Origin: an uncultured Candidatus Saccharibacteria bacterium
Lineage (GTDB): Bacteria; Patescibacteriota; Minisyncoccia; Minisyncoccales; PEYH01
Direction: 5' to 3'
Length of the DNA stretch: 47,738 nucleotides
NCBI GenBank assembly: GCA_964422845.1
Contig: CAYRCT010000001.1
Span: forward strand, 1-47,738
In this document: positions 1 to 9,562 of the stretch, piece after piece
Position numbering within the stretch: position 1 is the first letter of the stretch
How the letters are laid out: each line of letters starts with the position of its first letter
Translations under genes and position numbers: made by a program
The notes under the pieces: model-generated
Databases searched by the model: none
Seen by the model: only the letters and a program-made list of their open reading frames with translations
What the model was told of the DNA's origin: nothing

Positions 1-67
1 CGGACAAGAAGAGGAAACTTCCTCTGAATGTCCCCCGGAAAAACTAGAGTGAAAACTCTAGCAATGA

Positions 68-99
68 ACGGAGAAGGCAAATATTGCTTCTCCGTTTTT
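68..99 (+). terminator. Rho-independent terminator for an upstream, off-window plus-strand transcript
   Basis: ACGGAGAAGGCAA-ATA-TTGCTTCTCCGT forms a stem with one bulge and is followed by TTTTT. Confidence 0.6.
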
Positions 100-225
100 C
101 TCTTGTCTCTTTTATTATTTTTTCTCCACTTTGAAATTTAGTTTCATTGTTATATAATATTGTTATAATAACATTACTTTCCTTTCTCGTTAAAATCTTA
201 TACAATATAATAATTAATATTTATT

Positions 226-909
226 ATGGAACAACCTCTCGAAAGATTTACCATACAACAAATAATGAGAGAGTTAAAACAAGCAGAGAAAGAAAAGCGG
301 ACAGCTGATTTTTCAAACAAACTTCTGCCTGAATTTTCTTTTTCTGGAAAAGAGATTAATGCGAATCTTGATTTTCATAATTCAAGCATCCAAGGTGCTC
401 TATATTTTGATAACTGCAAAATAAACGGAGATTTAAATCTAGAAAATGCCCTACTCTATACAACCCTCTATATATCTAAAAGCAATATCAAGGGAAATTT
501 CATTGCTAAAAAAACAAAAATTCGAGAAATAATTAATCTCGTCGCTTCTAATTTTGACAAAGGTATTGACTTGCAAGAGGCTAAAATTAGAGGATTTCTT
601 GGTTTAAATAAGGTCTTCATAAAAGAAGATATGAATGTTAGTAGGGCAGAAATAAAAAATATTAAAACCAAAGTTGGCACTATTCGGGGAGATATTTATT
701 TACGCAAAGCAAAAGTAGAGGGATCTGTCATTCTCGAAGAGCTCTCTGCTGAAGGTTTGGGAGATTTTGAAGAAACAACAATCTTAAAAAATTTAATACT
801 CAAGAATGCTAAGTTTAATGGAGTGGTGATGTTAAGCGGTACTGTAATAGAGGGTGAAGTTAATGCAGAAAAGATGCAATGCGAAAATTTAATAGCCCAC
901 ATGACGTAG
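226..909 (+). CDS. Hypothetical beta-solenoid-like repeat protein (pentapeptide- or bactofilin-like periodicity)
   Basis: The motif x-[IV]-x-G-x-[LFIV] recurs at 11/22/33-residue spacing: SSIQGAL, CKINGDL, SNIKGNF, AKIRGFL, GTIRGDI, AKVEGSV, AKFNGVV, TVIEGEV. I recognised no catalytic motif. Confidence 0.5.
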   Translation: MEQPLERFTIQQIMRELKQAEKEKRTADFSNKLLPEFSFSGKEINANLDFHNSSIQGALYFDNCKINGDLNLENALLYTTLYISKSNIKGNFIAKKTKIREIINLVASNFDKGIDLQEAKIRGFLGLNKVFIKEDMNVSRAEIKNIKTKVGTIRGDIYLRKAKVEGSVILEELSAEGLGDFEETTILKNLILKNAKFNGVVMLSGTVIEGEVNAEKMQCENLIAHMT

Positions 910-913
910 CGAT

Positions 914-3900
914 ATGGTTCCTAAATTTACTCACCTTCATGTTCATAGTCAATATTCTCTCCTCGACGGACTCCCTAAAATCGAGGAGCTTTTAAATTAT
1001 GTAAAAGAAAACGGGATGGACAGCGTGGCGCTCACGGATCACGGAGTACTTTATGGGGCAGTAGAATTTTATAAAAAAGCTAAAGCTGCAGGAATAAAAC
1101 CAATTATAGGATGCGAAGTATACGTCGCTTTTGAAAAGATGAATCAGAAAAGACCAAACATTGATAACAAAAGTTATCATTTGGTTCTTTTAGCAAAAAA
1201 TGAAATTGGTTATAAAAATTTAGTAAAACTTGTAACTAAAGCCCAATTAGAGGGCTTTTATTATAAGCCAAGAATAGATGAAGAATTATTATTCAAACAT
1301 TCAGAAGGGCTAATTGCTCTTTCTGCTTGTTTAAAGGGAAAAATTCCGCAACTTGTTCTTTCTGGAAAAATAGAAGAAGCAGAAAAACTAGCATTAAAAT
1401 ATCAAACTGTCTTCGGCAAAGATAGTTTTTATTTAGAAATTCAACATCATCCAAATATTCCCAAACAAGCAAAGGTGAACGAAGCTCTTATCTCTATTTC
1501 TAAAAAATGCAATATTCCTTTAGTGGCGACTAATGATTGCCATTATTTAAAACCAGAAGATGCTGAAGCTCAAGATATTTTAATGCTTATTAATACTGGA
1601 GCAAAAAGCGATGACCAAAATCGGCTTACAATGAGACAGGACGATTTCTCAATGATTACTCCGGAAAAAATGTTAGAAAACTTTAAACATGTACCCGAAG
1701 CATTGGAAAATACTCAAAAAATTGTTGAACTCTGTAATTTCGAATTCAAATTAGGAAAAACAACACTTCCCTACTTTGAACTTTCTAACGGGAAAACGCC
1801 ACAAGAACATTTAAAAAGTGTTTGCCAAAAGGTATTAGAAGAAAAAAAGAAAGAATTTAAAGATATAGAAATAGCTAAACAAAGGATGAAGTATGAGTTG
1901 GAGGTAATCCAAAAAACTGGATTTGCCTCTTACTTTTTGATTGTAGCAGACTTTGTTAATTGGGCAAAAAAAAATAAAATAGTTGTCGGACCTGGTCGAG
2001 GTTCTGCTGGAGGATCCTTGGTCGCCTATCTTGCTGGGATAACCAACATTGAACCAATCAAGCACAATCTTTTATTCGAGCGCTTTTTGAATCCTGAACG
2101 GATTTCTATGCCTGATATTGATTTGGACTTCGCAGACATAGGGAGAGAAAAAGTCATAAAATATATTAGTCAAAAATATGGAGAAAATAATGTCGCTCAA
2201 ATTATCACTTTTGGAACAATGGCTGCTCGGGCGGTTATCCGTGATGTAGGCAGAGTTTTACAATACCCTTATCTTGTTTGCGATAAAATTGCTAAAATGA
2301 TTCCCTTTGGATTTAATCTAAGCCAAGCATTGAAACAAATCCCAGAATTTCGTGAAATGTATGAAAGCGACGAAAAAATTACACGCTTGATTGATCTAGC
2401 TAAAAAATTAGAAGGAGTTGCTCGACATGCCTCAACTCATGCCTGTGGATTAGTAATATCTGATAAAGCACTAGACGAGCTTGTTCCTCTCCAGCATCCC
2501 ACCCAAAGCGAAGTTGGTATCGTTTCTCAATATGAAATGCATTCTATTGAAGATTTAGGATTATTGAAAGTGGATCTCTTGGGATTGAAAAACCTTACCA
2601 TTATAGAAAACTGCATTAACCTAATCGAAAAAATTAGAAACGAAAAAATAGACATTGACAAAATTCCCGAAAACGACAAAAAAACATATAAACTCCTCCA
2701 AAAAGCCGAAACAATATCTGTTTTTCAATTGGAATCAGAGGGAATGCGAAAATGGCTTAGTAAACTACAGCCATCTAAATTTGAAGATATTGTGGCTATG
2801 CTCGCTCTTTATAGACCTGGTCCAATGCAATTTATTCCTGAATATATTGCGCGAAAGAGAAAAAGAAAGAAGGTAGAATATGTTCATCCAAGATTGAAAA
2901 CAATTCTAGAGCCAACTTACGGAATTTTGGTATATCAAGAACAGTTAATGCAAATTGCTCAACAAATTGCCGGATTTTCGTTATCGGAAGCAGATATATT
3001 GAGGAAAGCCGTAGGCAAAAAAATAAAATCGCTTTTAGATACTCAAAAAGAAAAATTTATTTCGGGAGCAGTCAAACAAGGAATTGAAAAAAATGTTGCT
3101 GAAAAAATCTGGGGCTGGTTTTTACCTTTCGCACAATATGGATTCAATAAAAGCCATTCCACAGGTTATGGAATTATCGCATATCAGACCGCTTATCTTA
3201 AAGCGAATTATCCCGTTGAATATATGGCATCCGTCTTTGCTTCCGAAAAACAAGATATTGAAAGAACAGCTCTATTGATAGAAGAGTGCAAAAGAATGGG
3301 TATAAAAGTTTTGCCTCCTGATATTAATGAAAGTTTTAAAAATTTTACAGTTGTTGGCAAAAATCAAATTAGATTTGGGCTTTTGGCTATCAAAAATGTG
3401 GGACATAATATTACTGTCGCGATTATGGAAGAAAGAAAAGCTAATGGAAAATTCCAATCAATGGCGGATTTTATAAATAGAATTCTTTGCAAGGATTTGA
3501 ATAAAAGATCAATGCAGTCGTTGATTAAGGTTGGGGCGTTTGATGAATTAGAAGAAAGGGGTATATTGTTAAAAAATTTAGAACGATTATTGTCTTGTTC
3601 TCGAGAAATTCAAAATCATAAAAAAAATGGACAAAAAGGACTTTTCGATAGTTCAACAACTATCCCAACTATGACTCTCTCTAATGCGGAACCTGTGAGT
3701 CCTGCTGAAAAATTGCAATGGGAAAAAGAACTTTTAGGACTTTTTATTTCCGGGCATCCGCTTGAATCATTTAAAAAATCCTTGGGTAAAAAAACAATTC
3801 CTATTTCTAAAATCCGTCAAGATCTTCTTAAGAAAGATGAACATCCTGGTCTCCCTATCCCCCAGATATCTGGACCATTTTTTAAAAAAATAATGCCTGG

Positions 3901-4153
3901 TAATAAGGTAAAAATTTACGGATTAATTTCAAAGATTAAAAAAGTTATCACTAAAAGCGGACGGCCAATGTTTTTCGTAATTATTGAAGATCTTAGCGGC
4001 AGAATTGAAATAATTGTCTTCCCTAATACTGCCGAGCAATGTTCCCTTTCTCTGGTCGAAAATAAAATTGTCTTAATTTCTGGTCGAGCAGACATTAAGG
4101 AAGAGACCCCCAAAATTATTGCCGAAAGCATTGAAGAAATAATAGAGGAATAA
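914..4153 (+). CDS. dnaE: DNA polymerase III alpha subunit
   Basis: 1079 aa. It has the N-terminal PHP motif HLHVHSQYSLLDG, the GPGRGSAGGSLVAYLAGIT palm motif, FNKSHS, and a C-terminal OB-fold-like region. Confidence 0.95.
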   Translation: MVPKFTHLHVHSQYSLLDGLPKIEELLNYVKENGMDSVALTDHGVLYGAVEFYKKAKAAGIKPIIGCEVYVAFEKMNQKRPNIDNKSYHLVLLAKNEIGYKNLVKLVTKAQLEGFYYKPRIDEELLFKHSEGLIALSACLKGKIPQLVLSGKIEEAEKLALKYQTVFGKDSFYLEIQHHPNIPKQAKVNEALISISKKCNIPLVATNDCHYLKPEDAEAQDILMLINTGAKSDDQNRLTMRQDDFSMITPEKMLENFKHVPEALENTQKIVELCNFEFKLGKTTLPYFELSNGKTPQEHLKSVCQKVLEEKKKEFKDIEIAKQRMKYELEVIQKTGFASYFLIVADFVNWAKKNKIVVGPGRGSAGGSLVAYLAGITNIEPIKHNLLFERFLNPERISMPDIDLDFADIGREKVIKYISQKYGENNVAQIITFGTMAARAVIRDVGRVLQYPYLVCDKIAKMIPFGFNLSQALKQIPEFREMYESDEKITRLIDLAKKLEGVARHASTHACGLVISDKALDELVPLQHPTQSEVGIVSQYEMHSIEDLGLLKVDLLGLKNLTIIENCINLIEKIRNEKIDIDKIPENDKKTYKLLQKAETISVFQLESEGMRKWLSKLQPSKFEDIVAMLALYRPGPMQFIPEYIARKRKRKKVEYVHPRLKTILEPTYGILVYQEQLMQIAQQIAGFSLSEADILRKAVGKKIKSLLDTQKEKFISGAVKQGIEKNVAEKIWGWFLPFAQYGFNKSHSTGYGIIAYQTAYLKANYPVEYMASVFASEKQDIERTALLIEECKRMGIKVLPPDINESFKNFTVVGKNQIRFGLLAIKNVGHNITVAIMEERKANGKFQSMADFINRILCKDLNKRSMQSLIKVGAFDELEERGILLKNLERLLSCSREIQNHKKNGQKGLFDSSTTIPTMTLSNAEPVSPAEKLQWEKELLGLFISGHPLESFKKSLGKKTIPISKIRQDLLKKDEHPGLPIPQISGPFFKKIMPGNKVKIYGLISKIKKVITKSGRPMFFVIIEDLSGRIEIIVFPNTAEQCSLSLVENKIVLISGRADIKEETPKIIAESIEEIIEE

Positions 4154-4249
4154 TGAGCTGTATGAGTTACAAACTCGGACAGCTTAAAATTTTAAGCATT
4201 CTTTCGCAACTATTGAATTGTTGGGGAATTAAGCTAAAATGAAAAAATT

Positions 4250-5971
4250 ATGGAATTAGAAACTTTAAGACATTCGTTAGCCCATATATTAGCTTATGCG
4301 GTTCAGGAAATGTATCCTGGAACCAAATTTGGAATTGGACCATCTATTGAAAATGGTTTTTATTATGATTTTGACTTGCCCTCCCCTATCTCTGAAAAGG
4401 ATTTGTGTAAAATAGAAAAAAGAATGCGTCAGTTTATTAGACAAGATTTACGTTTCCAAAAAAAAATTATTACTAAAGTTGAAGCAAAAAAAGTTTTTAA
4501 AAATGAGCCGTATAAATTAGAACTTATAAACGAGCTCTCAAAACAGGCCTCAAAAATCAATACTTATCAAGTAGGAAATTTTCTTGACCTTTGCAAAGGA
4601 CCTCATTTAAAATCTACAAGGGAAATTCCTTTAGATAGTTTCAAATTAACTAAGGTTGCCGGAGCTTACTGGAAAGGAAATGAAAAGAATAAAATGCTCA
4701 CAAGAATTTACGGAGTCGCATTTCTTTCTAAAAAAGAATTAAAAAATCACTTACAAAAACTAGAAGAAGCGGAAAAAAGAGATCATCGTATATTGGGAAA
4801 AAAGCTGGAACTTTTTATTCTCGACGAAGAGATAGGTGCTGGACTGCCCCTGTGGTCTCCCAAGGGGGCAACGTTGCGTCATATTGTTGAAAGCTATCTT
4901 TATGATGAGCTCAATCAAGCTGGCTATAATTGGGTTGTCTCTCCACATATCGCTAATCTTGAACTTTGGAAAACATCTGGACATTGGAACTTTTATAAAG
5001 AGAATATGTATTCCCCCATTGATATTGACGAAGATCAATATATGCTTAAGCCGATGAATTGTCCTTTCCATATAAAAATATACAATTCCAAAATTCGGAG
5101 CTACAAGGATTTGCCAATACTTTTTGCCGAATTAGGGACTGTTTACAGATATGAAAAATCAGGTGTTTTACATGGATTAACTAGAGTTCGCGGATTTACT
5201 CAAGACGATGCCCACATTTTCTGTACTCCAGAACAATTATCAGAAGAGCTTCTTAAAACGACAAGATTAGGCATTAAAATGCTAAAAAAATTCGGATTCA
5301 AAGATTTTCAAATATTTCTTTCCACGCGACCAGAAAAATATGTAGGCAGTGAACAAAATTGGGAAAAAGCAACTCACGCTTTAAAATATACACTTTCTTC
5401 TTTAAAGCTAGATTATGAAATAGATAAAGGCGGAGGCGTTTTTTATGGTCCTAAGATTGATATAAAAATCAAAGACAGTTTAGGAAGACAATGGCAATGC
5501 ACCACTATTCAAGTTGATTTTAATCTTCCTGAACGTTTTTATATGTCTTATATAGACAAACATGGAAAAAAGAAAGAACCAATAATGATTCATCGTGCAT
5601 TACTAGGATCGGTTGAAAGATTTATCGGCGTGTTGATAGAACATTACGGAGGAGCTTTTCCTTTATGGCTCTCGCCTGTTCAAATTTGGGTTATCCCCAT
5701 AGGCAAGGGACACCGAAAATATGCTAAACAAATCGCTGATAAACTTAAATCAGAAAATTTCAGAGTTGAATTAAAAAATGAGGATGAAACCGTTTCAAAG
5801 AAAATAAGAAACGCTGGGATTCAGCGAATTCCATATATTTTGGTACTCGGAGATAAAGAAATTAAAGCCAAAAAGATCGGATTAAGAACAAGAGAAAAAG
5901 GAGATGTAGGATTGACAACTCTTTCTGCTTTTATCAAAAAAATTAAACAGGAAATTGAAAAAAAGAGATGA
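4250..5971 (+). CDS. thrS: Threonyl-tRNA synthetase lacking the N-terminal TGS domain
   Basis: Class II motifs are present (FRYEKSGVLHGLTRVRGFTQDDAHIF, HRALLGSVERFIGVLIEHY). The ORF starts directly at the editing-domain motif RHSLAHILAYAV. A C-terminal anticodon-binding domain is present. Confidence 0.92.
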   Translation: MELETLRHSLAHILAYAVQEMYPGTKFGIGPSIENGFYYDFDLPSPISEKDLCKIEKRMRQFIRQDLRFQKKIITKVEAKKVFKNEPYKLELINELSKQASKINTYQVGNFLDLCKGPHLKSTREIPLDSFKLTKVAGAYWKGNEKNKMLTRIYGVAFLSKKELKNHLQKLEEAEKRDHRILGKKLELFILDEEIGAGLPLWSPKGATLRHIVESYLYDELNQAGYNWVVSPHIANLELWKTSGHWNFYKENMYSPIDIDEDQYMLKPMNCPFHIKIYNSKIRSYKDLPILFAELGTVYRYEKSGVLHGLTRVRGFTQDDAHIFCTPEQLSEELLKTTRLGIKMLKKFGFKDFQIFLSTRPEKYVGSEQNWEKATHALKYTLSSLKLDYEIDKGGGVFYGPKIDIKIKDSLGRQWQCTTIQVDFNLPERFYMSYIDKHGKKKEPIMIHRALLGSVERFIGVLIEHYGGAFPLWLSPVQIWVIPIGKGHRKYAKQIADKLKSENFRVELKNEDETVSKKIRNAGIQRIPYILVLGDKEIKAKKIGLRTREKGDVGLTTLSAFIKKIKQEIEKKR

Positions 5972-6411
5972 ACATTGCGAATGAGACCATTTCTTTAGAG
6001 ACCAAAGAGAGCTTTGATATTATTGACATAACTGAAAGAATAAAAAGATTTGTCCAAGAATCAAAAATAGAAAATGGATTAATAAATATTCAAACCTTGC
6101 ATACCACGGCAAAAATTTTTGTTAACGAAAATGAACCAGAGCTTTTAAAAGATATTAAAAATCATTTAGAAAAATTAGCCCCTAAAAACGATAAGTATCA
6201 TCACGATAATTTTGATATTAGAACTGTAAATATGTGCAACGATGAATGCGCTAATGGACATGCCCACTGTAAAGCGATTCATCTGCCGACAAGCGTTTCT
6301 TTAAATCTAGTTTCCAACAAAATCAAATTAGGAACATGGCAAAGAATTATGTTTATAGAACTAGATCGTCCTAGAAAAAGACAAATCCATGTGCAAATTA
6401 TAGGAGAATAA
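5968..6411 (+). CDS. yjbQ: YjbQ/UPF0047 family protein (secondary thiamine-phosphate synthase-like)
   Basis: 147 aa, with the HTTA..FVNENEP...D....L..L.P.....YHH pattern typical of the family. It overlaps the thrS stop codon (ATGA). Confidence 0.7.
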   Translation: MNIANETISLETKESFDIIDITERIKRFVQESKIENGLINIQTLHTTAKIFVNENEPELLKDIKNHLEKLAPKNDKYHHDNFDIRTVNMCNDECANGHAHCKAIHLPTSVSLNLVSNKIKLGTWQRIMFIELDRPRKRQIHVQIIGE

Positions 6412-6427
6412 TTGATTATTGGCCGAT

Positions 6428-6455
6428 AAAAAGCGCTTTACCGAAGCGCTTTTTT
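6428..6455 (+). terminator. Rho-independent terminator after yjbQ
   Basis: AAAGCGCTT-TACCG-AAGCGCTTT forms a 9-bp stem followed by a T-run. Confidence 0.7.
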
Positions 6456-6473
6456 GATTTAAGCTAAAACAAT

Positions 6474-7772
6474 ATGAAATATTCTATAATCACATTCGGT
6501 TGTCAGATGAATATTAGCGATAGCGAAAGGATCGCCAAAGTTTTAGAAGATATTGGATTTACAGAATCTGCTTCTTTTGAGAACGCAAATTTAATCATCA
6601 TTAACGCATGCTCAGTAAGACAATCAGCGATCGACAGGGTATATGGTAAAATCAGAAAATTATCTTTCGAGACCTCCAGATCTATAGATGCGGATGGCAG
6701 GCCTAAGATCCTTTTAACAGGATGTATTTTAAAAAAAGATAAAATAAAATTTAGGAAAGATTGTAATGGAATTTTTGGAATAGATGAACTGCCAAAATTG
6801 CCAAATTTATTAAAAAAACTTGGATTTAAGATTAAAGAAAATAATAAAAAAGTTGAACACTATCTTCAGATAAGTCCTGAATACCAATCAAATATTTCTG
6901 CCTGCGTGCCAATAATGACTGGGTGTAATAATTTTTGCGCCTATTGTGTTGTTCCCTATGTCCGCGGTAGAGAAATTTCTCGACCAGAAGAAGATATTTT
7001 ATGCGAGATTAAAGCTTTAGGTAAGCGTGGAATAAAAGAAATTTGGCTTTTAGGCCAGAATGTAAATTCTTATAAACCAAATTTTGCTAAATTATTACAA
7101 AAAGTTAATAACATTCCCGGTAATTTTTGGATTAGATTTACCTCTACTCATCCAAAAGATTTGACCGACGAAATGATTGAAACATTTGCTCAATCTGAAA
7201 AAGTAACCCCCTATTTTAACTTACCGATTCAATCAGGCGATGATGAAATGCTTAAAGCAATGAATAGACCATATACAGTAAAAAAATATGAAACATTAAT
7301 TAAAAAATCAAGAAATGCTTTTAAAAAATACCGCGAAGGCATAGAAGAAGAGCTCTCTCTTTCTACAGATATAATAGTCGGTTTCCCTGGGGAAACTAAA
7401 AAACATTTTGAGAATACTGTAAAAACTTTCAAAAAAATCAATGTTGCTTTTGCCTATATTTCTCTTTACTCTCCCCGCCCTCAAACTACGGCATTTGAAT
7501 TAAAAGACGATATTTCTCATGCTGAAAAAAAACAAAGAGAGAAAAAATTATTAGAAATTATTGAAAAAAGCTCTCTTGAATTCAATAAAAAATTTATCAA
7601 CAAAATAGTTGATGTTCTAATCTTAAAAAAGAAAAAAGATTTTTATCTCGGTAAAACCCGACATTATCAAACCATCCGATTTGCGAGTAACAGTGGATGC
7701 AAGGTTGGCGAATTTATAAAAGCAAAAGTAACAAAAGCAACGCCATATGGCTTGGAAGGAAAAATACAATAA
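6474..7772 (+). CDS. miaB: tRNA methylthiotransferase (MiaB-type radical SAM enzyme)
   Basis: It has an N-terminal UPF0004 domain (ITFGCQMN), the radical-SAM motif CNNFCAYCVVPYVRG and a C-terminal TRAM-like region. It is adjacent to miaA. Confidence 0.85.
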   Translation: MKYSIITFGCQMNISDSERIAKVLEDIGFTESASFENANLIIINACSVRQSAIDRVYGKIRKLSFETSRSIDADGRPKILLTGCILKKDKIKFRKDCNGIFGIDELPKLPNLLKKLGFKIKENNKKVEHYLQISPEYQSNISACVPIMTGCNNFCAYCVVPYVRGREISRPEEDILCEIKALGKRGIKEIWLLGQNVNSYKPNFAKLLQKVNNIPGNFWIRFTSTHPKDLTDEMIETFAQSEKVTPYFNLPIQSGDDEMLKAMNRPYTVKKYETLIKKSRNAFKKYREGIEEELSLSTDIIVGFPGETKKHFENTVKTFKKINVAFAYISLYSPRPQTTAFELKDDISHAEKKQREKKLLEIIEKSSLEFNKKFINKIVDVLILKKKKDFYLGKTRHYQTIRFASNSGCKVGEFIKAKVTKATPYGLEGKIQ

Positions 7773-8649
7773 AAAACTAATAGTGATTCTAGGACCCAAT
7801 GCGTCTGGAAAAAGCGCCTTAGCAGTAAATCTTGCCAAAGAATTTAATGGCGAAGTAATTTCAGCTGATTCAAGACAAGTCTATAAAGGAATGGATATTG
7901 GTACAGGTAAAATCACTAGAAAAGAAATGCAAGGCATTTCTCATCACCTTTTAGATGTTGCATCGCCCAAAAGGCGATTTACTGTTACCCAATATCAGAA
8001 AAAAGCAAATAATGCCATAAAAAAGATTTATAAAAAAAGAAAGATTCCTATTCTTTGCGGAGGCACTGGCTTTTATATCCAATCCGTGGTTGACGGAATA
8101 ATTATTCCTAAGGTAAAACCAGACTGGAAATTTAGAAATTTACTTGAAAAAAAGCCGACTGAACAATTATTTCAAATGCTCCAATATCTTGATTCAAAAA
8201 GAGCAGAAAATATTGACAAATATAACAGAAGAAGATTAATCCGCGCGATTGAGATTGTTGTCAAAACGAAAAAAAGCATTCCTGTTCTTAAAAAACAGAA
8301 AAAATTTGATGTTCTAATACTTGGAGTCAAAAGAGATAAATTGGAATTAGAAAAAAGAATCAAGGAACGCTTAGAAAAACAACTCAAGCAAGGGATGGTT
8401 AAAGAAGTAAAAAGATTGAAGAAATCGGGACTTTCTTGGAAACGAATTGAAGAATTTGGCTTAGAATATAAATTTATTGCCTATCAACTTCAAAATAAAA
8501 TGGAATACAATGAGATGGTTGAACGACTACAAAAAGCTATTGAAAATTATGCTAAAAGACAAATGACTTGGTTTAAGAGAGATAAAAGAATTTATTGGTT
8601 AAAAGACAAAAAAACAGCCAAAATGCTGATTAAAAAATTTTATAAATAG
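7747..8649 (+). CDS. miaA: tRNA dimethylallyltransferase
   Basis: It has the P-loop GPNASGKS and the motif SADSRQVYKGMDIGTGK. It overlaps the miaB 3' end by 26 nt. Confidence 0.9.
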   Translation: MAWKEKYNKKLIVILGPNASGKSALAVNLAKEFNGEVISADSRQVYKGMDIGTGKITRKEMQGISHHLLDVASPKRRFTVTQYQKKANNAIKKIYKKRKIPILCGGTGFYIQSVVDGIIIPKVKPDWKFRNLLEKKPTEQLFQMLQYLDSKRAENIDKYNRRRLIRAIEIVVKTKKSIPVLKKQKKFDVLILGVKRDKLELEKRIKERLEKQLKQGMVKEVKRLKKSGLSWKRIEEFGLEYKFIAYQLQNKMEYNEMVERLQKAIENYAKRQMTWFKRDKRIYWLKDKKTAKMLIKKFYK

Positions 8650-8706
8650 TTAAAACAATATATAGAGGTAGGGCTAATAAGCAAGCTTACCAGCCCCCCT
8701 CAAAGA

Positions 8707-8916
8707 TTAGCCCTGTATCATTCGGGCCGTATCAGCTATCGTTAGAGACCCTCCCCGGTTCTCTCTTTCTCTTTGCGCCAAAATATCGGCGACTTCCTCC
8801 TCGGAGACAGGGTTAGACATAAACCCTTCTTTTGTTGGATTTTCTTCTATGAATACCATCCAAGATTTTCTGCCCCGACTACCCCTGGGACTTCTACTGT
8901 CATTTACGTTCGGCAT
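8707..8916 (-). CDS. Hypothetical 69-aa protein in a GC-richer cassette
   Basis: The ORF is preceded by AAGGGGGAATTGA-ATG. One 60-nt hand count (8701-8760) gives about 52% GC. I recognised no family. Confidence 0.45.
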   Translation of the reverse strand: MPNVNDSRSPRGSRGRKSWMVFIEENPTKEGFMSNPVSEEEVADILAQRERENRGGSLTIADTARMIQG

Positions 8917-8977
8917 TCAATTCCCCCTTTTTTGAGATTCTTGGTCGTTAGACCGACAGCTCCATTAAAGCGCTAAA

Positions 8978-9481
8978 TCATATCAAGGTAACCACCTCCA
9001 TTTTTTCTTCTTCAGCAACGACAACATAGCCAAGTTCATTCTTAGAAATTGTTACCTTGCGAAAACCATCAAGCCGAAACTGCTTGGCGATAGCTTTAAT
9101 GATATCTTCTCTGTCGTCAATGAAGAGCGTGCATCCAATCGTGGATATCACTCTAGCCTTAAAAAGTGGCTGGGAAACGCGCGGATCCTTTCGTAGATAA
9201 ATACCATCAAAAGGAATCTTCCATAATTTAAACCAGCACCGAACAAGCCATCCAATGATGCCATATATCCCCGAAACAACGAAAACCTTATTGCCTGCTT
9301 CTCTCTGCTCTCTGATCCACTCTACCGCTTTAGATTTCGGATGCCTGAAAATATAACATGGGGTAGCAAGAAGCACCCTGACAACTCTATTTCGGATTGG
9401 TTTTCCAGAAAAGGGCCAATACCATATCTTCCAAGGGTTTTCGGCTATCACGCCATCAACATCTATTCCAACAATAGCCAT
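8978..9481 (-). CDS. HAD-superfamily hydrolase-like protein
   Basis: HAD motif I is DVDGVI, motif II-like is VVSG, and motif IV-like is FIDDRED. I moved the start to the ATG at 9481 because AAGGAGG lies 8 nt upstream; the GTG at 9490 in the track lies inside that SD. Confidence 0.6.
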   Translation of the reverse strand: MAIVGIDVDGVIAENPWKIWYWPFSGKPIRNRVVRVLLATPCYIFRHPKSKAVEWIREQREAGNKVFVVSGIYGIIGWLVRCWFKLWKIPFDGIYLRKDPRVSQPLFKARVISTIGCTLFIDDREDIIKAIAKQFRLDGFRKVTISKNELGYVVVAEEEKMEVVTLI

Positions 9482-9562
9482 CTTGCTCACCTCCTTCTTT
9501 CTCTATTCACTTGAAAAAGATCAAAACAAAAAAACTACAACTTTAGTATGTTTTATAATACC

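Noticed and set aside
7747-7772. 26-nt miaB/miaA overlap as a possible frameshift or fusion
   Set aside because: Both proteins are full length with intact N- and C-terminal motifs. Short overlaps are common throughout this window (thrS/yjbQ, pheT/gyrB, holB/mreB2, galT/GT2).
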